DNA of 64,000 bases from NCBI GenBank assembly GCA_965216875.1, contig OZ244207.1, positions 5,120,001-5,184,000 of the forward strand, read 5' to 3'. The notes beneath the pieces are model-generated. The model was given only the letters and a program-made list of their open reading frames with translations, was not told the origin of the DNA and searched no databases. Position numbers and translations under genes: made by a program. The stretch comes from Rubripirellula sp. Its GTDB lineage: Bacteria; Planctomycetota; Planctomycetia; Pirellulales; Pirellulaceae. Positions 19,274 to 29,549 of the stretch are shown here, in pieces (within the stretch, counting starts at the first letter, position 1; each line of letters opens with the position of its first letter).

Positions 19274-19352
19274 CGTAGCTACCTTCGCCAGAAGGTGGTT
19301 TCCATTGGCAGACCGCTTCCCAACACCCCACGCTCTGGCGAGCGTAGCTACG
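19274..19352. repeat. GTAG-type REP doublet (family A)
   Basis: Same arms as 8243-8293 with a longer spacer. Confidence 0.85.
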
Positions 19353-20379
19353 GCGAGCGTTTGTTGTCATGCACAGCATGACCTACTAGACGGAGTGTTA
19401 CCGAACGATGGTCCGAGCCGATGTCGGGACCAACGTTGTGCTGGACGCACTGGAGGTCGGTGCTGATCATCCCGTGATCAAGCACCAGCCCAAAGGCTGG
19501 GTTCGCAAACCGGGCGTACCAAGTCGGCTGCATCCCACTTGATGCACGCCTCAAGTGCGACCGACGCTCGAAGTCGCCAAAAAGCGGAGACCAAGGCGTC
19601 AAGTTCAAGTCGCCTACAAGGATCGTCGGCATCGTGTCACGATTCCTTTCCCGCGAGATCCTATCAGCAAGCTGCTTCAAGTGGTCGTTGCGTCTATCAA
19701 ATCCTCTCTTTCCCATAGGCGGAAGCGGATGAGTTGCAATCACTCGGTACTGCTTTGATTCCTTTTCAATCGTTGCTGCAATGGTGAGGATGCGATCGAC
19801 GTTTAATTCAAAGCTTTGGCAATCGGTTATCGGAAACCGGCTGTAGAGTCCGATCCCGAAATTACTGTCATCCATTGGGAATGGCTGTCGGAATGGGTAC
19901 CGTTGACCAAATTCGCTGACGATCCGATCCCCCAACGATGTACTCAATTCCAACACAGCAAAAACATCGGGACTCCTTTCGGAGATATCATCGATGATCG
20001 CCTCATGATTCCTGTTCGCCGTGTTAACGTTGGTCACCATCACTACGATCTCATTGCCGCCGGCAAGCTCAACATTTGCCGGGAGCATTGATCGAAAGAA
20101 AGACAGGTGGATCGTGATCAAGGTCGCACCGAACAAGGCCCAGCGCCATTTGCGGTAGCAGACTGACACCATCGAAACGCCCAGCAACCCGATCACTTGC
20201 TGCACGCGCAGGTTCGCAACGATGTCGGCGACCCAATGTTGCCGAGCGAAGAAAGCGGCGAGTGTCGTCACTGTGCCAATCGCAAGGCAGACAACGACTA
20301 ACGACCAAATCCGTTCAGCGGCCCATTTCAGTAGGCCCGACGATTCGGTGGGCGATGAAGACGAATCGTGATCATTCAT
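19348..20379 (-). CDS. Membrane-anchored endonuclease/exonuclease/phosphatase family protein
   Basis: N-terminal TM helices; NV..N, VLE, ATHP, VGDLNLTPWS, LDH, GSDH; start taken as MNDHD at 20379. Confidence 0.88.
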   Translation of the reverse strand: MNDHDSSSSPTESSGLLKWAAERIWSLVVVCLAIGTVTTLAAFFARQHWVADIVANLRVQQVIGLLGVSMVSVCYRKWRWALFGATLITIHLSFFRSMLPANVELAGGNEIVVMVTNVNTANRNHEAIIDDISERSPDVFAVLELSTSLGDRIVSEFGQRYPFRQPFPMDDSNFGIGLYSRFPITDCQSFELNVDRILTIAATIEKESKQYRVIATHPLPPMGKRGFDRRNDHLKQLADRISRERNRDTMPTILVGDLNLTPWSPLFGDFERRSHLRRASSGMQPTWYARFANPAFGLVLDHGMISTDLQCVQHNVGPDIGSDHRSVTLRLVGHAVHDNKRSP

Positions 20380-20914
20380 CCTCAAACGCACGCTTCTGCA
20401 ATCCTCGGCCCTGCAAGTAATCGCTAATGGGCCTGGGGCAGCCTTGAAGACGTCCCTCGTCGTGCATGCGGAGATAGAAATCCCAGTAGCTGCGAACGCT
20501 GTGTTGCGAGACCAAGTATTCGATGAAGGTCTCACCAATGCAGTACAACCGGTCGTAAACCGCCGGGCAGTATTCAATGACCGGACGGTTGAGCACAAGC
20601 AGCCCGCCTTCGAGACTTGCCGTTCGCTCAAGGGTCCACTCAGCGAGATCACCACAGGTTTCGAAACGCACGTTGAAATGACAACGCTCAGACCGAGTCA
20701 GCGTCAACGTCGCTCCATCATCATGCACGTACCGAGCCCAGCGTCCGATGACATCCCGTTCCCCATCGCTCGATTGATAAACGTTGACTCCATAGTCACG
20801 CAGCAACGGGCGCAGGTCCTCGCTATCCATCGGCCGGCGTTGAAGACGCAGATCGAGGTCACGCTCGATTTCGCGATTCCGATCAGTATCCACCATCTCT
20901 GCATTCATGGTCAC
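20372..20914 (-). CDS. Hypothetical protein
   Basis: 180-aa ORF whose stop overlaps the EEP gene start; RBS-like AGGTG upstream. Confidence 0.55.
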   Translation of the reverse strand: MTMNAEMVDTDRNREIERDLDLRLQRRPMDSEDLRPLLRDYGVNVYQSSDGERDVIGRWARYVHDDGATLTLTRSERCHFNVRFETCGDLAEWTLERTASLEGGLLVLNRPVIEYCPAVYDRLYCIGETFIEYLVSQHSVRSYWDFYLRMHDEGRLQGCPRPISDYLQGRGLQKRAFEDE

Positions 20915-20944
20915 TTCACCTGAGTTTGCTGGAACGAACCTTGT

Positions 20945-21373
20945 TCATGGTATCCCATTTTTCATTTCGGTCGACGCAGTCGACTCATCGCGTCTTTGCA
21001 TCCACCAACCAACTGCCGGGAATTGCAACCAGAACGAAAAGTAAAAGAAGGTCAGGTACCAATAGGGAACCACGAATCCGATCCCCAGGCCCTTGTACCA
21101 GGCAAGGAGAAGGTAGTCATAAACAAACAGTGGCAACGTCAGGTAGAAAGCCAGCCAACACGAATTGCCAAGGTGCCTGCCGTCGGACCAATACCGATCG
21201 AGCGTGTAACGTGTGACCGGGAAGTAAATGAGCGTGACGAGAATCACAATCACCACCTTCGCCCAGTCATACCACTGCTGGTAATACTCGGGCAGCCCGA
21301 TGATGTAAAAGCTGAGCCAAGTGACGAAACTGTAGACCAACAGCTCGAGGTGTTTTTTAGCGGTCATATTCAT
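20945..21373 (-). CDS. Small aromatic-rich membrane protein (about 4 TM)
   Basis: Four hydrophobic Tyr/Trp/Phe-rich segments. Confidence 0.7.
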   Translation of the reverse strand: MNMTAKKHLELLVYSFVTWLSFYIIGLPEYYQQWYDWAKVVIVILVTLIYFPVTRYTLDRYWSDGRHLGNSCWLAFYLTLPLFVYDYLLLAWYKGLGIGFVVPYWYLTFFYFSFWLQFPAVGWWMQRRDESTASTEMKNGIP

Positions 21374-21413
21374 TCGAGGTCGTGCCAGCAAACGGGGCCA
21401 ACGCCCTGTCAGC

Positions 21414-21740
21414 TTAAGCGATTCTCGACCCGTCGGTGACCTTGCCTGTGGGAGACAACAAGACTGTGCCGTCAGCACCCGTCGACGCCAAGACCAAGAC
21501 TTCGGACTTGATCCCTGCGATGCGTTTCGGTGCGAAGTTGGTCACCGCAACGATTTGCAGGCCGACGAGGTCATCCGTCGAATAGTGCTCGGTGATTTGC
21601 GCCGATGAAGTCTTGATTCCGAGCGTTCCGAAATCAATCTTCAAGATGTAGGCTGGCTGACGCGCTTTTGCATTCACCGTCGCCTCCAAGATCGTACCCA
21701 CACGTATCTCGACCTTGGTGAAGTCTTCGAATTCGATCAT
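21414..21740 (-). CDS. csaA: tRNA-binding/export chaperone CsaA
   Basis: FEDFTKVEIRVGTI, IDFG..GIKTSSAQIT..Y, NFAPKRIAGIKSEVLVL. Confidence 0.93.
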   Translation of the reverse strand: MIEFEDFTKVEIRVGTILEATVNAKARQPAYILKIDFGTLGIKTSSAQITEHYSTDDLVGLQIVAVTNFAPKRIAGIKSEVLVLASTGADGTVLLSPTGKVTDGSRIA

Positions 21741-21762
21741 CGATTATTCGCTCACAGTCATC

Positions 21763-21790
21763 CGTAGAGTGTGTGCTTGAACGCACCAAA
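21763..21790. repeat. GTAG-type REP (family D)
   Basis: CGTAGAGTGTGTGCTTGAACGCACCA; related to the copies at 28850 and 44468. Confidence 0.65.
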
Positions 21791-21816
21791 CCCCTGCGAG
21801 CGTAGTACCGGATGGA

Positions 21817-23052
21817 TCAATCGGTCAACCGCGCGATTGCTTTTCGGATGTCGGCGGCGACTGCCGCGTCTTCATCGTCCTTTAATCTGTCGAGCAGTGT
21901 GAGCGCCGAATGGTCGCAGTTTTCACTCGCCAACCGGGCCGCCGTTCGTCTTGAATGCGCGTCTTGTTTCGACTCGTCACTCAATACAAAGGCCAACAAC
22001 GGAATCGCTCCCGGTGCGCCAAGTGTACGGATCTGTTCCTCGTGCATTCGCGTTGCCTTGGTCCGGCCAATCGGAGCGAGGATCGGTTTGAGGACGGCGG
22101 ACAATTCGGATTGCTGAGCATGCTCGAGTGCAATCAGCGGCAACTGCCAGGCTTTCGCGCCTGTGAGGGGAAACGAACTGCGATGGATTTGTTCATCGGG
22201 CCCAATGACCACCGTTTCCCCCGGCTCGATTTGGCAGGAATCCGAGCCGAGTTGCCATTGGGTTGGTTGTGAAGCGAGCAACTCTGTCGTCGTTTTCGTC
22301 TGGCCGACGGTCACTTGAATCTCCGACGCCGTTGGACAGGTCATCGCCCAGCTCGGCTCATCGGCTCCGATCGCCCCTGCCGGCGTGTCGATCTTGAGTG
22401 ATTGGTCACTGGGCGTTTTGCACCAGATCTTGCCTTTGGTTAGTTCAATGCGATCCTCTTCGTGCAAAATCAATTCCGCATCTCGGTCCATTCGAATCGT
22501 ACATTGCCTTGATGTTGTCAGTTCACAGAGCGCATCGGCAGAAGTTCGCACGCGTCTTCCTTCGGCGACCGTCGCCCCGGCGACTTCCTCGATCAATTGC
22601 CACGAAGGCTCGTCGGGTCCCTTCACCTCGATCTCGCCAGTTGCTGCGACAAGGGTTGCCGCAATGGGCGATTCCACCACCGCAACAGGTGTTTGCGCTT
22701 CGATGTCCACCTCGTCATCCTTGATGCTCCATGCAACGACCGCCAAAAGGGAAGCGGCAACTGCGAACGCGATCGCCCAACCGCGCCAATGCTGTGGGCG
22801 CAATGATTCCTCGGACGCCTTGGACGTTTCCTGCGTCGCGGCCGCTTCATTCATCGACGCGTGAATGTGGTCTGCCAATCCAACGGGAACGGCCAGCCTC
22901 GAAAAATGCGAATCGACCTCCTTGAGCGACGCGAGTTCTGCGGCGCATGCTTCGCACGTTGAGAGATGCTGCTCGACCGCGCTATGGGTCGCCTGCTCAA
23001 GTTCATTGTCCAAATAGGGACTCAAGAGTTCGACGACTTCTTCACACTTCAT
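21817..23052 (-). CDS. Anti-sigma factor: zf-HC2 + TM + FecR-like + C-terminal HEAT-like
   Basis: MKCEEVVELLSPYLDNEL...HLSTCEAC, a TM segment, a VRTSADA FecR-like region and a helical C-terminus. Confidence 0.88.
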   Translation of the reverse strand: MKCEEVVELLSPYLDNELEQATHSAVEQHLSTCEACAAELASLKEVDSHFSRLAVPVGLADHIHASMNEAAATQETSKASEESLRPQHWRGWAIAFAVAASLLAVVAWSIKDDEVDIEAQTPVAVVESPIAATLVAATGEIEVKGPDEPSWQLIEEVAGATVAEGRRVRTSADALCELTTSRQCTIRMDRDAELILHEEDRIELTKGKIWCKTPSDQSLKIDTPAGAIGADEPSWAMTCPTASEIQVTVGQTKTTTELLASQPTQWQLGSDSCQIEPGETVVIGPDEQIHRSSFPLTGAKAWQLPLIALEHAQQSELSAVLKPILAPIGRTKATRMHEEQIRTLGAPGAIPLLAFVLSDESKQDAHSRRTAARLASENCDHSALTLLDRLKDDEDAAVAADIRKAIARLTD

Positions 23053-23605
23053 CGGCACACCTCGCATGTCGACTCAGTTCGGTTCGTAGCAATCTTCTCG
23101 CTTTCGAAAGCCGCTCGTTGACGGTCGAGCGCGCAACGCCGATCCAGTTTGCAATCTGGTCGTACGTCAGCTCCTCGTAGTAATGCAACAAGACCACTTC
23201 ACGTAGCGGTTCGGGCAATTGGTGAACCATGGCCAGCAAGCGGCGTTGTTGTTCCTCTGCCTCGACGGCAACTTGTGGTCTTTGATCGGCAGTGGATGCA
23301 GGCACCTCGTCAACGTGCTGCGTTTTGCGAACCTCGTTGCGGCGAATCGTATCGACGCAGACGTGATGAGCGATCCCGCGAAGCCAAGCGCCCAGCGCGT
23401 CGTCTGACTTGAGCTGACCGAATTGTTGAACGCTTCGCATAAAGGTCTCTTGCGTTGCATCTTCGGCGTCGGCCGATGAGATCAACCGAGCCTGGCAATG
23501 CGCGTACACTCGCCGATACCAGCAGTTGACAATCTGCTGGATCGCTTGCGGGTCGCCCGTCTTGGCCTTTGCGACCAATTGCGTCTCGTCAGCTTCCGAC
23601 ATCAC
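23042..23605 (-). CDS. ECF RNA polymerase sigma factor
   Basis: DAEDATQETF, AWLRGIA, LHYYEELTYDQIA...STVNERLSKAR. Confidence 0.95.
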   Translation of the reverse strand: MMSEADETQLVAKAKTGDPQAIQQIVNCWYRRVYAHCQARLISSADAEDATQETFMRSVQQFGQLKSDDALGAWLRGIAHHVCVDTIRRNEVRKTQHVDEVPASTADQRPQVAVEAEEQQRRLLAMVHQLPEPLREVVLLHYYEELTYDQIANWIGVARSTVNERLSKARRLLRTELSRHARCADEV

Positions 23606-23856
23606 GCCGCCGGTTTTGTCGCTGCGGGGCGTGGCACCAGATTCAGAGGCTCTGTCACGGTGATCAACAACGCTGGAGTGTTGGTTAGTAATCGGTTTGT
23701 CGCATGACCGTTATTGTGAGACCGGCAAAAAATCGGCGCGCAGCGAAAATTGTAAAAAAATCCTCTTTCTGCCGGCCTTCCTAGCTCTTCCGCACGACAT
23801 CCTCTCAGCCAATCGGCAAACTACGAGTTGTTCCCGCGTCTGCAAGGAAAAGGGTC

Positions 23857-25266
23857 ATGAGAAAGTCGATCAAGTTCACGGTATTGTCGACCTGTGTGTT
23901 GGCCATCAGCGCGATGTCGCTGATTTCGGCCGAAGAATCGCGTTCGGAAAACAAAGGGCTGACGTCTTCCAAACCGGGCGTCGCTGAATCAAGTGAGCAA
24001 GTCCAAGGTGAGTTCGTTGTCCACGAGTGGGGTACGTTCACAACTTTCTCGGGCTCGGACGGCTTGTTCCTTGATTTTCGCCCTCTCGCTAATGAGGCGA
24101 GCGACCTGCCGTCGTTTGTTCTCGATCGAGCCAATGGCAACTCACTGCATCGGCTTAAACGCAATCTGCGTGGTCGCGTTCGCATGGAAACACCTGTGAC
24201 CTACTTTTACACCGACCGCATTCGGCAGATCGATGTGAGTGTCGACTTCCCCAAAGGCCTGCTCACCGAGTTTTATCCACCCGTTCGAGAGATGCTGCCC
24301 AAATTCGATCCCAAAGTCGCGTACAAGGAAGGCGAACCTCTTGGCAACTCACGACTCAACTGGGGCAAGGTCACGCTGCTGCCGATCAAATCGTTAGCAC
24401 CAAAAGTGGATGATGAAAAATTGGGTTTGGAAATCGCTCATCACATCGCTCACTCAGCCGTACCGCGAGCCATCAACGACAACCACTACATCCAAGCGCG
24501 GGCAACCGATTCGGCGCTCGTTTACATGAACCCAAGTGGCGACGCTGGCGTTCCACCCTGGATCGCTCCGCAAGGACACCTCGAAAAGTTTCTCTTTTAT
24601 CGAGGTGTTGGCGACTTCCAATTGCCATTCCAAACTCATTTCGATGACGACGGCAAAATCGTTGTCTCCAACAATGGGCACTTGCCAATGAACTCGGCAA
24701 TCCTGGTCCATGTCGAAGGGGACAAGATCATGACCGCATCGATCGACCAAATTGACGCGGGCAAATCGAAAACGTTTGGCTCACCGAAACATGTGTCGGC
24801 CAACGATCTTGCGAAGATTGTGCGTGCGGCGCTCGAACGAGAAGGTCTGTACGACAAAGAAGCTTCGTCAATGGTCGCGACATGGCGGCAATCATGGTTC
24901 ACCGAGGAGGGAACACGAGTGCTCTACATGGTGCCTCAACCAATGACCGATGAGCTTTTGCCGCTTCACGTCAGCCCCGCGCCGAACGCCACACTGCGCG
25001 TGCTTGTTGGGCGAATGGAAATCATGTCGCCTGATAAAGAGGAACAGCTGCTCAAGGCCGTTACTGCCAGCAAGAGGACGCGTGCTCAATACATCAAGCA
25101 AGCCGAAAAGAGTCAAAAGAAGCAGCAAGCCTACAAGATCCCCGACTCGATTTCGCAAATGGGGCGTCTGGCCGAACCGGCTTTGGTACGAGTCGCCAAG
25201 ATCAGCAGCGACGCGTCCCTTCGAACCGAAGCGGAACTGCTGATCCAACAACTTCGCAAGCAGTAG
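23857..25266 (+). CDS. Secreted hypothetical protein
   Basis: Signal peptide; blocks FVVHEWGTFT, RMETPVTYFY, EKFLFYRGVG, MVATWRQSWF..G.RVLY look conserved. Confidence 0.85.
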   Translation: MRKSIKFTVLSTCVLAISAMSLISAEESRSENKGLTSSKPGVAESSEQVQGEFVVHEWGTFTTFSGSDGLFLDFRPLANEASDLPSFVLDRANGNSLHRLKRNLRGRVRMETPVTYFYTDRIRQIDVSVDFPKGLLTEFYPPVREMLPKFDPKVAYKEGEPLGNSRLNWGKVTLLPIKSLAPKVDDEKLGLEIAHHIAHSAVPRAINDNHYIQARATDSALVYMNPSGDAGVPPWIAPQGHLEKFLFYRGVGDFQLPFQTHFDDDGKIVVSNNGHLPMNSAILVHVEGDKIMTASIDQIDAGKSKTFGSPKHVSANDLAKIVRAALEREGLYDKEASSMVATWRQSWFTEEGTRVLYMVPQPMTDELLPLHVSPAPNATLRVLVGRMEIMSPDKEEQLLKAVTASKRTRAQYIKQAEKSQKKQQAYKIPDSISQMGRLAEPALVRVAKISSDASLRTEAELLIQQLRKQ

Positions 25267-25292
25267 TTGCGAAGTTGCAGTCTTGACGCATG

Positions 25293-25329
25293 ACGGTGGC
25301 GGCTTATAGTCGCCACCGTTTTCTTTTTT
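25293..25329 (+). terminator. Rho-independent terminator
   Basis: GC-rich hairpin ACGGTGGCGGCTTATAGTCGCCACCGT followed by TTTCTTTTTT. Confidence 0.75.
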
Positions 25330-25370
25330 GCCAACGACGGTTGGCATCAACCTGTGAATGGACTGGTTTG

Positions 25371-26114
25371 GTGAAAGTTTCGGTTTCCCTGTTTCCTGAC
25401 AAAGACGCCATTGCCCCGGAAACCGACTTTGCTGTGGTCATTGACGTTCTTCGCGCCACGTCAGTGATGGCCACAGCGCTCGAGCAAGGTGCTAGCTCGA
25501 TCGTGACCTGCAGCGAAATCGAACAGGCCAGGGAAGTGGGGGCGGCGTTTGATGATCGCCCTCTTCTTTGCGGCGAACGAGGATGCAAACCGATCGATGG
25601 CTTCGATCTGGGCAACTCACCCGCTGAATATGGCAGCGACGTTGTGGCGGACAAGACGCTTGTGCTGACGACCACCAACGGAACCCGCGCCATCGCTGCT
25701 GCGGATGCGGTGCCCAATTTGATCACCTCGAGCTTCTTGAATTTCACCTCGACGATTGATCGCCTCTGCGGTGCAAAAGCCGTTCACTTGGTCTGCGCTG
25801 GCACCAACGGTGTGATCACAGCCGAAGACGCTCTGCTGGCCGGTGCGTTGACCAACCGACTTGCTGGCGACCATCGGGCGACCCTTGGCAACGACGAAGC
25901 AACGATCGCGCGGCAGCTTTGGTTGTCCTGGTTTGGTTCCGACGCCATGCCATCGACGAGTGACCTTGCTGGGAAACTGCGTGAAACTCAGGGCGGCCGC
26001 AATTTGGTCGATGTCGGGTACGCGGCCGATCTTGATCGTTGCGCGTCGATTGATGCTTGCAAGGTCGTGCCATGGCGAGTGGAGAGTTCACCGGTTCGGT
26101 TTGTCGCAAAGTGA
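25371..26114 (+). CDS. comB: 2-phosphosulfolactate phosphatase family protein
   Basis: VVIDVLRATS, LCGER, FDLGNSP, TTTNGT, EDALLAG. Confidence 0.9.
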   Translation: MKVSVSLFPDKDAIAPETDFAVVIDVLRATSVMATALEQGASSIVTCSEIEQAREVGAAFDDRPLLCGERGCKPIDGFDLGNSPAEYGSDVVADKTLVLTTTNGTRAIAAADAVPNLITSSFLNFTSTIDRLCGAKAVHLVCAGTNGVITAEDALLAGALTNRLAGDHRATLGNDEATIARQLWLSWFGSDAMPSTSDLAGKLRETQGGRNLVDVGYAADLDRCASIDACKVVPWRVESSPVRFVAK

Positions 26115-26209
26115 CCGTCAAACCGCCCGATTTCCGACGCGGCCTCCGTTTGATCTTGTGATCTGACGCCCCGATTTGCTAATCGCCAGCGTGGAAAGGA
26201 GCCATTGCG

Positions 26210-28855
26210 TTGGCGGACGAAGACGAACCTGAAATCGTTGAGCAGACCGGAGTGCGCGGTGACCGTTTGGTAACCGTGCTGATGATGATTGCAGCAACCA
26301 CTGCGATTGGCGGTTTCGGTGCGCTCTTTTCGATGTGGTGGCAATCAGGAATCACCGACCCTCATGAAGTCTTGCGGATCGCTTCGCAAGAATACGTTGG
26401 TGGTCGCCCCATCGTCGCTGGCGAACTGGCCGAAACCGTCGACCTTGGCGAGGAACCGGAAAAGCCCGAGGAGATGGAGGAACCCGCTCCTGATGCCCCC
26501 GAGCCGACCGAAGAAGAAAAGGCTGCCAAAGCTGAAAAGGAGCAATGGCGACAACTACGCGACTTCCTGATCGGTGCCGGCAAAGTTGCTCGAGCCGGGC
26601 AAGAACAAGACGCGCGCGAACGACGCAATATTCACTACGAAGCGATTCCGTTTCTGGAAAAGTCACGTGAGACAGGATTTCGGCAAGGACGCCAAGCCGA
26701 AGGTTACCGCCTGCTCGGCGAAACGCTGTTCAAAGTGGGACGGTTCGACGACGCCATCGAATCGCTGACCGCTGCGATTGAGCAGGACCCGGTCTTGAAA
26801 CGCGACCTGCTTCCAATTCTTGCGGAGGCCCAGCTCAATTCGCTGCAACCGACCACCGAGGCGTCACTCGCGACGATCGAACACTTTCTCAACACGCTGA
26901 ATCTGGAAACCGAGCAACGACGGCGAGGCGAGCTGATTCGCATTCGAGCATTGCGTGAATTGAAACAATGGTCGGCTGCGCAACGCGTGATCGACAAAGC
27001 GCGCCAATACAAAGCAAGCAACGAGATCGAGCAAGAGAATACTGAAGCAGAATACCGTGATAGCTTGCGTCTGCAGCAGGCCATCCTGAAGGTCCAACAG
27101 GCTCAGGAGCAGTTCGGTGCCCGGCCTCAAGACGAATTTGACGACCGCACTGCGGCGACAGAGTACCTTACCGAGACGATGCAGACGCTCGCGTCACTGC
27201 AACGCGAAGCGGCACCGCAAACTGCCTCTCAAGCGCGTCTTTGGGCTGCACGCGCCTACTTGGTCCAAGGCATGCACAACGATGCGCTCAACGAGTTGAC
27301 CATCGTGCGACAGCAACGTCCTTTCGGAGCCGAGGGGATTGTCGGTGGTCTCGAGGAAATTGAACTCCTTGCCGAACAGGGGCGTGGCATCGAAGTGCTA
27401 CAAACCACTCGCTACATCATGCGAGAACTCGGCGACGCGCAGGCCTTTGATGCCACACTAATCCCCTTCGCAGAGTTCCAGCGGCGGTTGCAAGATTCCA
27501 TCGATCAACTCCGCGGTCACGGAAAATTCGAACAAGCCATCGACACGGCGCGAAGCCTGCCACCCGTCTTTCCGCGCAGTGCTGCCTTGATGCAGGAAGG
27601 TATGGGCTACTCCGAATGGGCAAAGTCCACGATCGAAGATGGCACCGACATCGGTGGCGAACTCGCTCGCAGCGCCTCGATGCTCGCGCGGAGTCGCTTT
27701 CGAGCCGCTGGCGACGCGTTCTCGGAAGCGGCACAACTCGAATTCAACACTTCGCAATACCTCTCGCTGCAATGGTCTGCGATCGAAGCGTACCAATCCG
27801 GTCGACATTTCACTCACAGTATTGAACTGCTTGAGCCCTATTTGCGGTACGAACAACGTAGACGACAACCGCGAGGTCTGGTCGCGTATGGACGAGCGCT
27901 GTTGGCGGTTGGACAACCGAAGAAGGCAATCGGTGCTCTGACAAACTGCATCGTCGAATTCCCACGAGATCCACTCCGATACGATGCCAGATTGCTTGCC
28001 GCGCTCGGTCACGCCGAGTTGGGCGATCTCGACAATTCGCGCCAGTTGTTAATGGACAACCTGCAAGACGGCGAACTGACACCCCAAAGCCGCGCGTGGC
28101 GTGAATCACTGTTGACGCTCGGCGAATTGCTTTACCGTCGTGGCTACGAGAATCACCTCAGGGCAGAGCAGGCCAAACCTCAAGACAAAGTCCAACTGCT
28201 GCGCGCCAATCAACCCATTCTCGAAGAAGCCGTTCGCCGACTCGATGAAGCGGTCACTCGTTATTGGCCAATGCCTCGGGCGGTTTCGGCAGCCTACCTG
28301 TCTGCTCGAGCCCACGTACTCGCTTCGCATTGGCCAAGGGTTGAAGCGTTGTCGCCTGAGATCTTGGACGCTGCCAAACGAACACTGCGGGCCCAAACCG
28401 AACAAGAGCTTCAAACCGCCCTTGATGGCTTTGGTTTGCTGCGAAAACACTTGTCCGAGCGTGAAGAGGAACATCGCCTTCCCGATTCAGAACAGTCGAT
28501 GCTCCGAAACTGCTTCTTGGCCGAAGCTGATACGCTTCGCGAGCTGTCAGAGGTCGATGAAGCGAGGGAAACGGAACGTTTGGAAAACGCGGCGGCAGCC
28601 TATCGTGCTGTCTCGCTGCGCTACATGAACGAACCTCCTGCGCTCGAAGCCATCCTAGGACAGGCGAGGTGCGCGCAGAAATTAGGCCGAGATCGCGAAT
28701 CCGAACTGTTGATTCGCCAAGCCAGCGTGGTGCTGCAACGTATTCCAAACGAGTGGAATGGGCGTTTCGAGGAAACCACTCGGTTTGACCGCAACGGCTG
28801 GGAAAAACTGCTCACTTGGATGACCAATCGCCTCGGCAACGTGTCGGGTGTTTGA
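26210..28855 (+). CDS. Membrane-anchored tetratricopeptide repeat protein
   Basis: N-terminal TM; TPR-like helices (LLGETLFKVGRFDDAIESL, YGRALLAVGQPKKA). Confidence 0.85.
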   Translation: MADEDEPEIVEQTGVRGDRLVTVLMMIAATTAIGGFGALFSMWWQSGITDPHEVLRIASQEYVGGRPIVAGELAETVDLGEEPEKPEEMEEPAPDAPEPTEEEKAAKAEKEQWRQLRDFLIGAGKVARAGQEQDARERRNIHYEAIPFLEKSRETGFRQGRQAEGYRLLGETLFKVGRFDDAIESLTAAIEQDPVLKRDLLPILAEAQLNSLQPTTEASLATIEHFLNTLNLETEQRRRGELIRIRALRELKQWSAAQRVIDKARQYKASNEIEQENTEAEYRDSLRLQQAILKVQQAQEQFGARPQDEFDDRTAATEYLTETMQTLASLQREAAPQTASQARLWAARAYLVQGMHNDALNELTIVRQQRPFGAEGIVGGLEEIELLAEQGRGIEVLQTTRYIMRELGDAQAFDATLIPFAEFQRRLQDSIDQLRGHGKFEQAIDTARSLPPVFPRSAALMQEGMGYSEWAKSTIEDGTDIGGELARSASMLARSRFRAAGDAFSEAAQLEFNTSQYLSLQWSAIEAYQSGRHFTHSIELLEPYLRYEQRRRQPRGLVAYGRALLAVGQPKKAIGALTNCIVEFPRDPLRYDARLLAALGHAELGDLDNSRQLLMDNLQDGELTPQSRAWRESLLTLGELLYRRGYENHLRAEQAKPQDKVQLLRANQPILEEAVRRLDEAVTRYWPMPRAVSAAYLSARAHVLASHWPRVEALSPEILDAAKRTLRAQTEQELQTALDGFGLLRKHLSEREEEHRLPDSEQSMLRNCFLAEADTLRELSEVDEARETERLENAAAAYRAVSLRYMNEPPALEAILGQARCAQKLGRDRESELLIRQASVVLQRIPNEWNGRFEETTRFDRNGWEKLLTWMTNRLGNVSGV

Positions 28856-28914
28856 TTTTGGTGCGTGCAAGCACACACCCTACGTTTGATTTTGGTGCGT
28901 GGAAGCACGCACCA
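28850..28914. repeat. Tandem pair of family D REP-like units
   Basis: GTTTGATTTTGGTGCGTGSAAGCACRCACC twice. Confidence 0.75.
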
Positions 28915-29006
28915 AGCGAAACCACCAAGAAACGCAATGGACAGCTGGCCACGTTTCGTTTATCGCTAGGTAGCTCGCGTCTCCCCACGACCTAGCAGGC
29001 CAAACC

Positions 29007-29456
29007 ATGGATGGTTCCACCCTCGCCGAACTGATCAGCCGACGTCACCGTTTGCTCACACATCTGCTGGACCTCAGCGCCAAGCAGATCGAGGTAATCA
29101 AGAGTGGTCGCATGTCTGAATTGATGGCATTGCTTGCCGATAAACAGACTCCGCTGGTGGAGTTGGGGCAGATTTCGGATCAGCTTCGTGAAGCGGCCGG
29201 TGATGATCCCAAAACGCGGTCCTGGCCGAGTGAATCGCTCCGTGAACGTTGCCGGCAGGAACAAGAAGAATGCGAGCAAATGCACATCGAGTTGCTTGCA
29301 ATTGAAGCTGAGAGCGAGACGTCGCTGGTAGAGAGTCGCGAGTCGCTCCAAAAGCGGCTCGAGCGGATTGATTCGGCGAATCAGGCAGCGACGAAATACG
29401 TGGGAAGCGACTCGATTCCGACAACGGGGAACCGTCTCGACCTCTCGAGCGATTGA
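29007..29456 (+). CDS. FlgN-like flagellar export chaperone
   Basis: Helical 149-aa protein, LMALLADKQ pattern, C-terminal AATKY...LDLSS, located at the head of the flagellar cluster. Confidence 0.6.
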   Translation: MDGSTLAELISRRHRLLTHLLDLSAKQIEVIKSGRMSELMALLADKQTPLVELGQISDQLREAAGDDPKTRSWPSESLRERCRQEQEECEQMHIELLAIEAESETSLVESRESLQKRLERIDSANQAATKYVGSDSIPTTGNRLDLSSD

Positions 29457-29549
29457 TTCTGGGACATTCGTCTTGCGTCGAGAGCAATTGCGCCGTTATC
29501 AGCGAAATTGAAACTCGTTCCGGAATCCCGATTTTGTCGGAAACCTATC

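Noticed and set aside
19348..20379. EEP nuclease as the end-processing enzyme of the Ku-like cassette
   Set aside because: It is convergent, separated by REPs and membrane-anchored like YafD-type proteins; there is no evidence of linkage.
20380..20655. N-terminal extension of the EEP ORF in the ORF track
   Set aside because: It overlaps the upstream gene in another frame; the ATG at 20379 gives a normal coupled start.
25371..26114. comB as a sign of coenzyme M biosynthesis
   Set aside because: Stand-alone ComB homologs are common in bacteria, and no other com genes are present.
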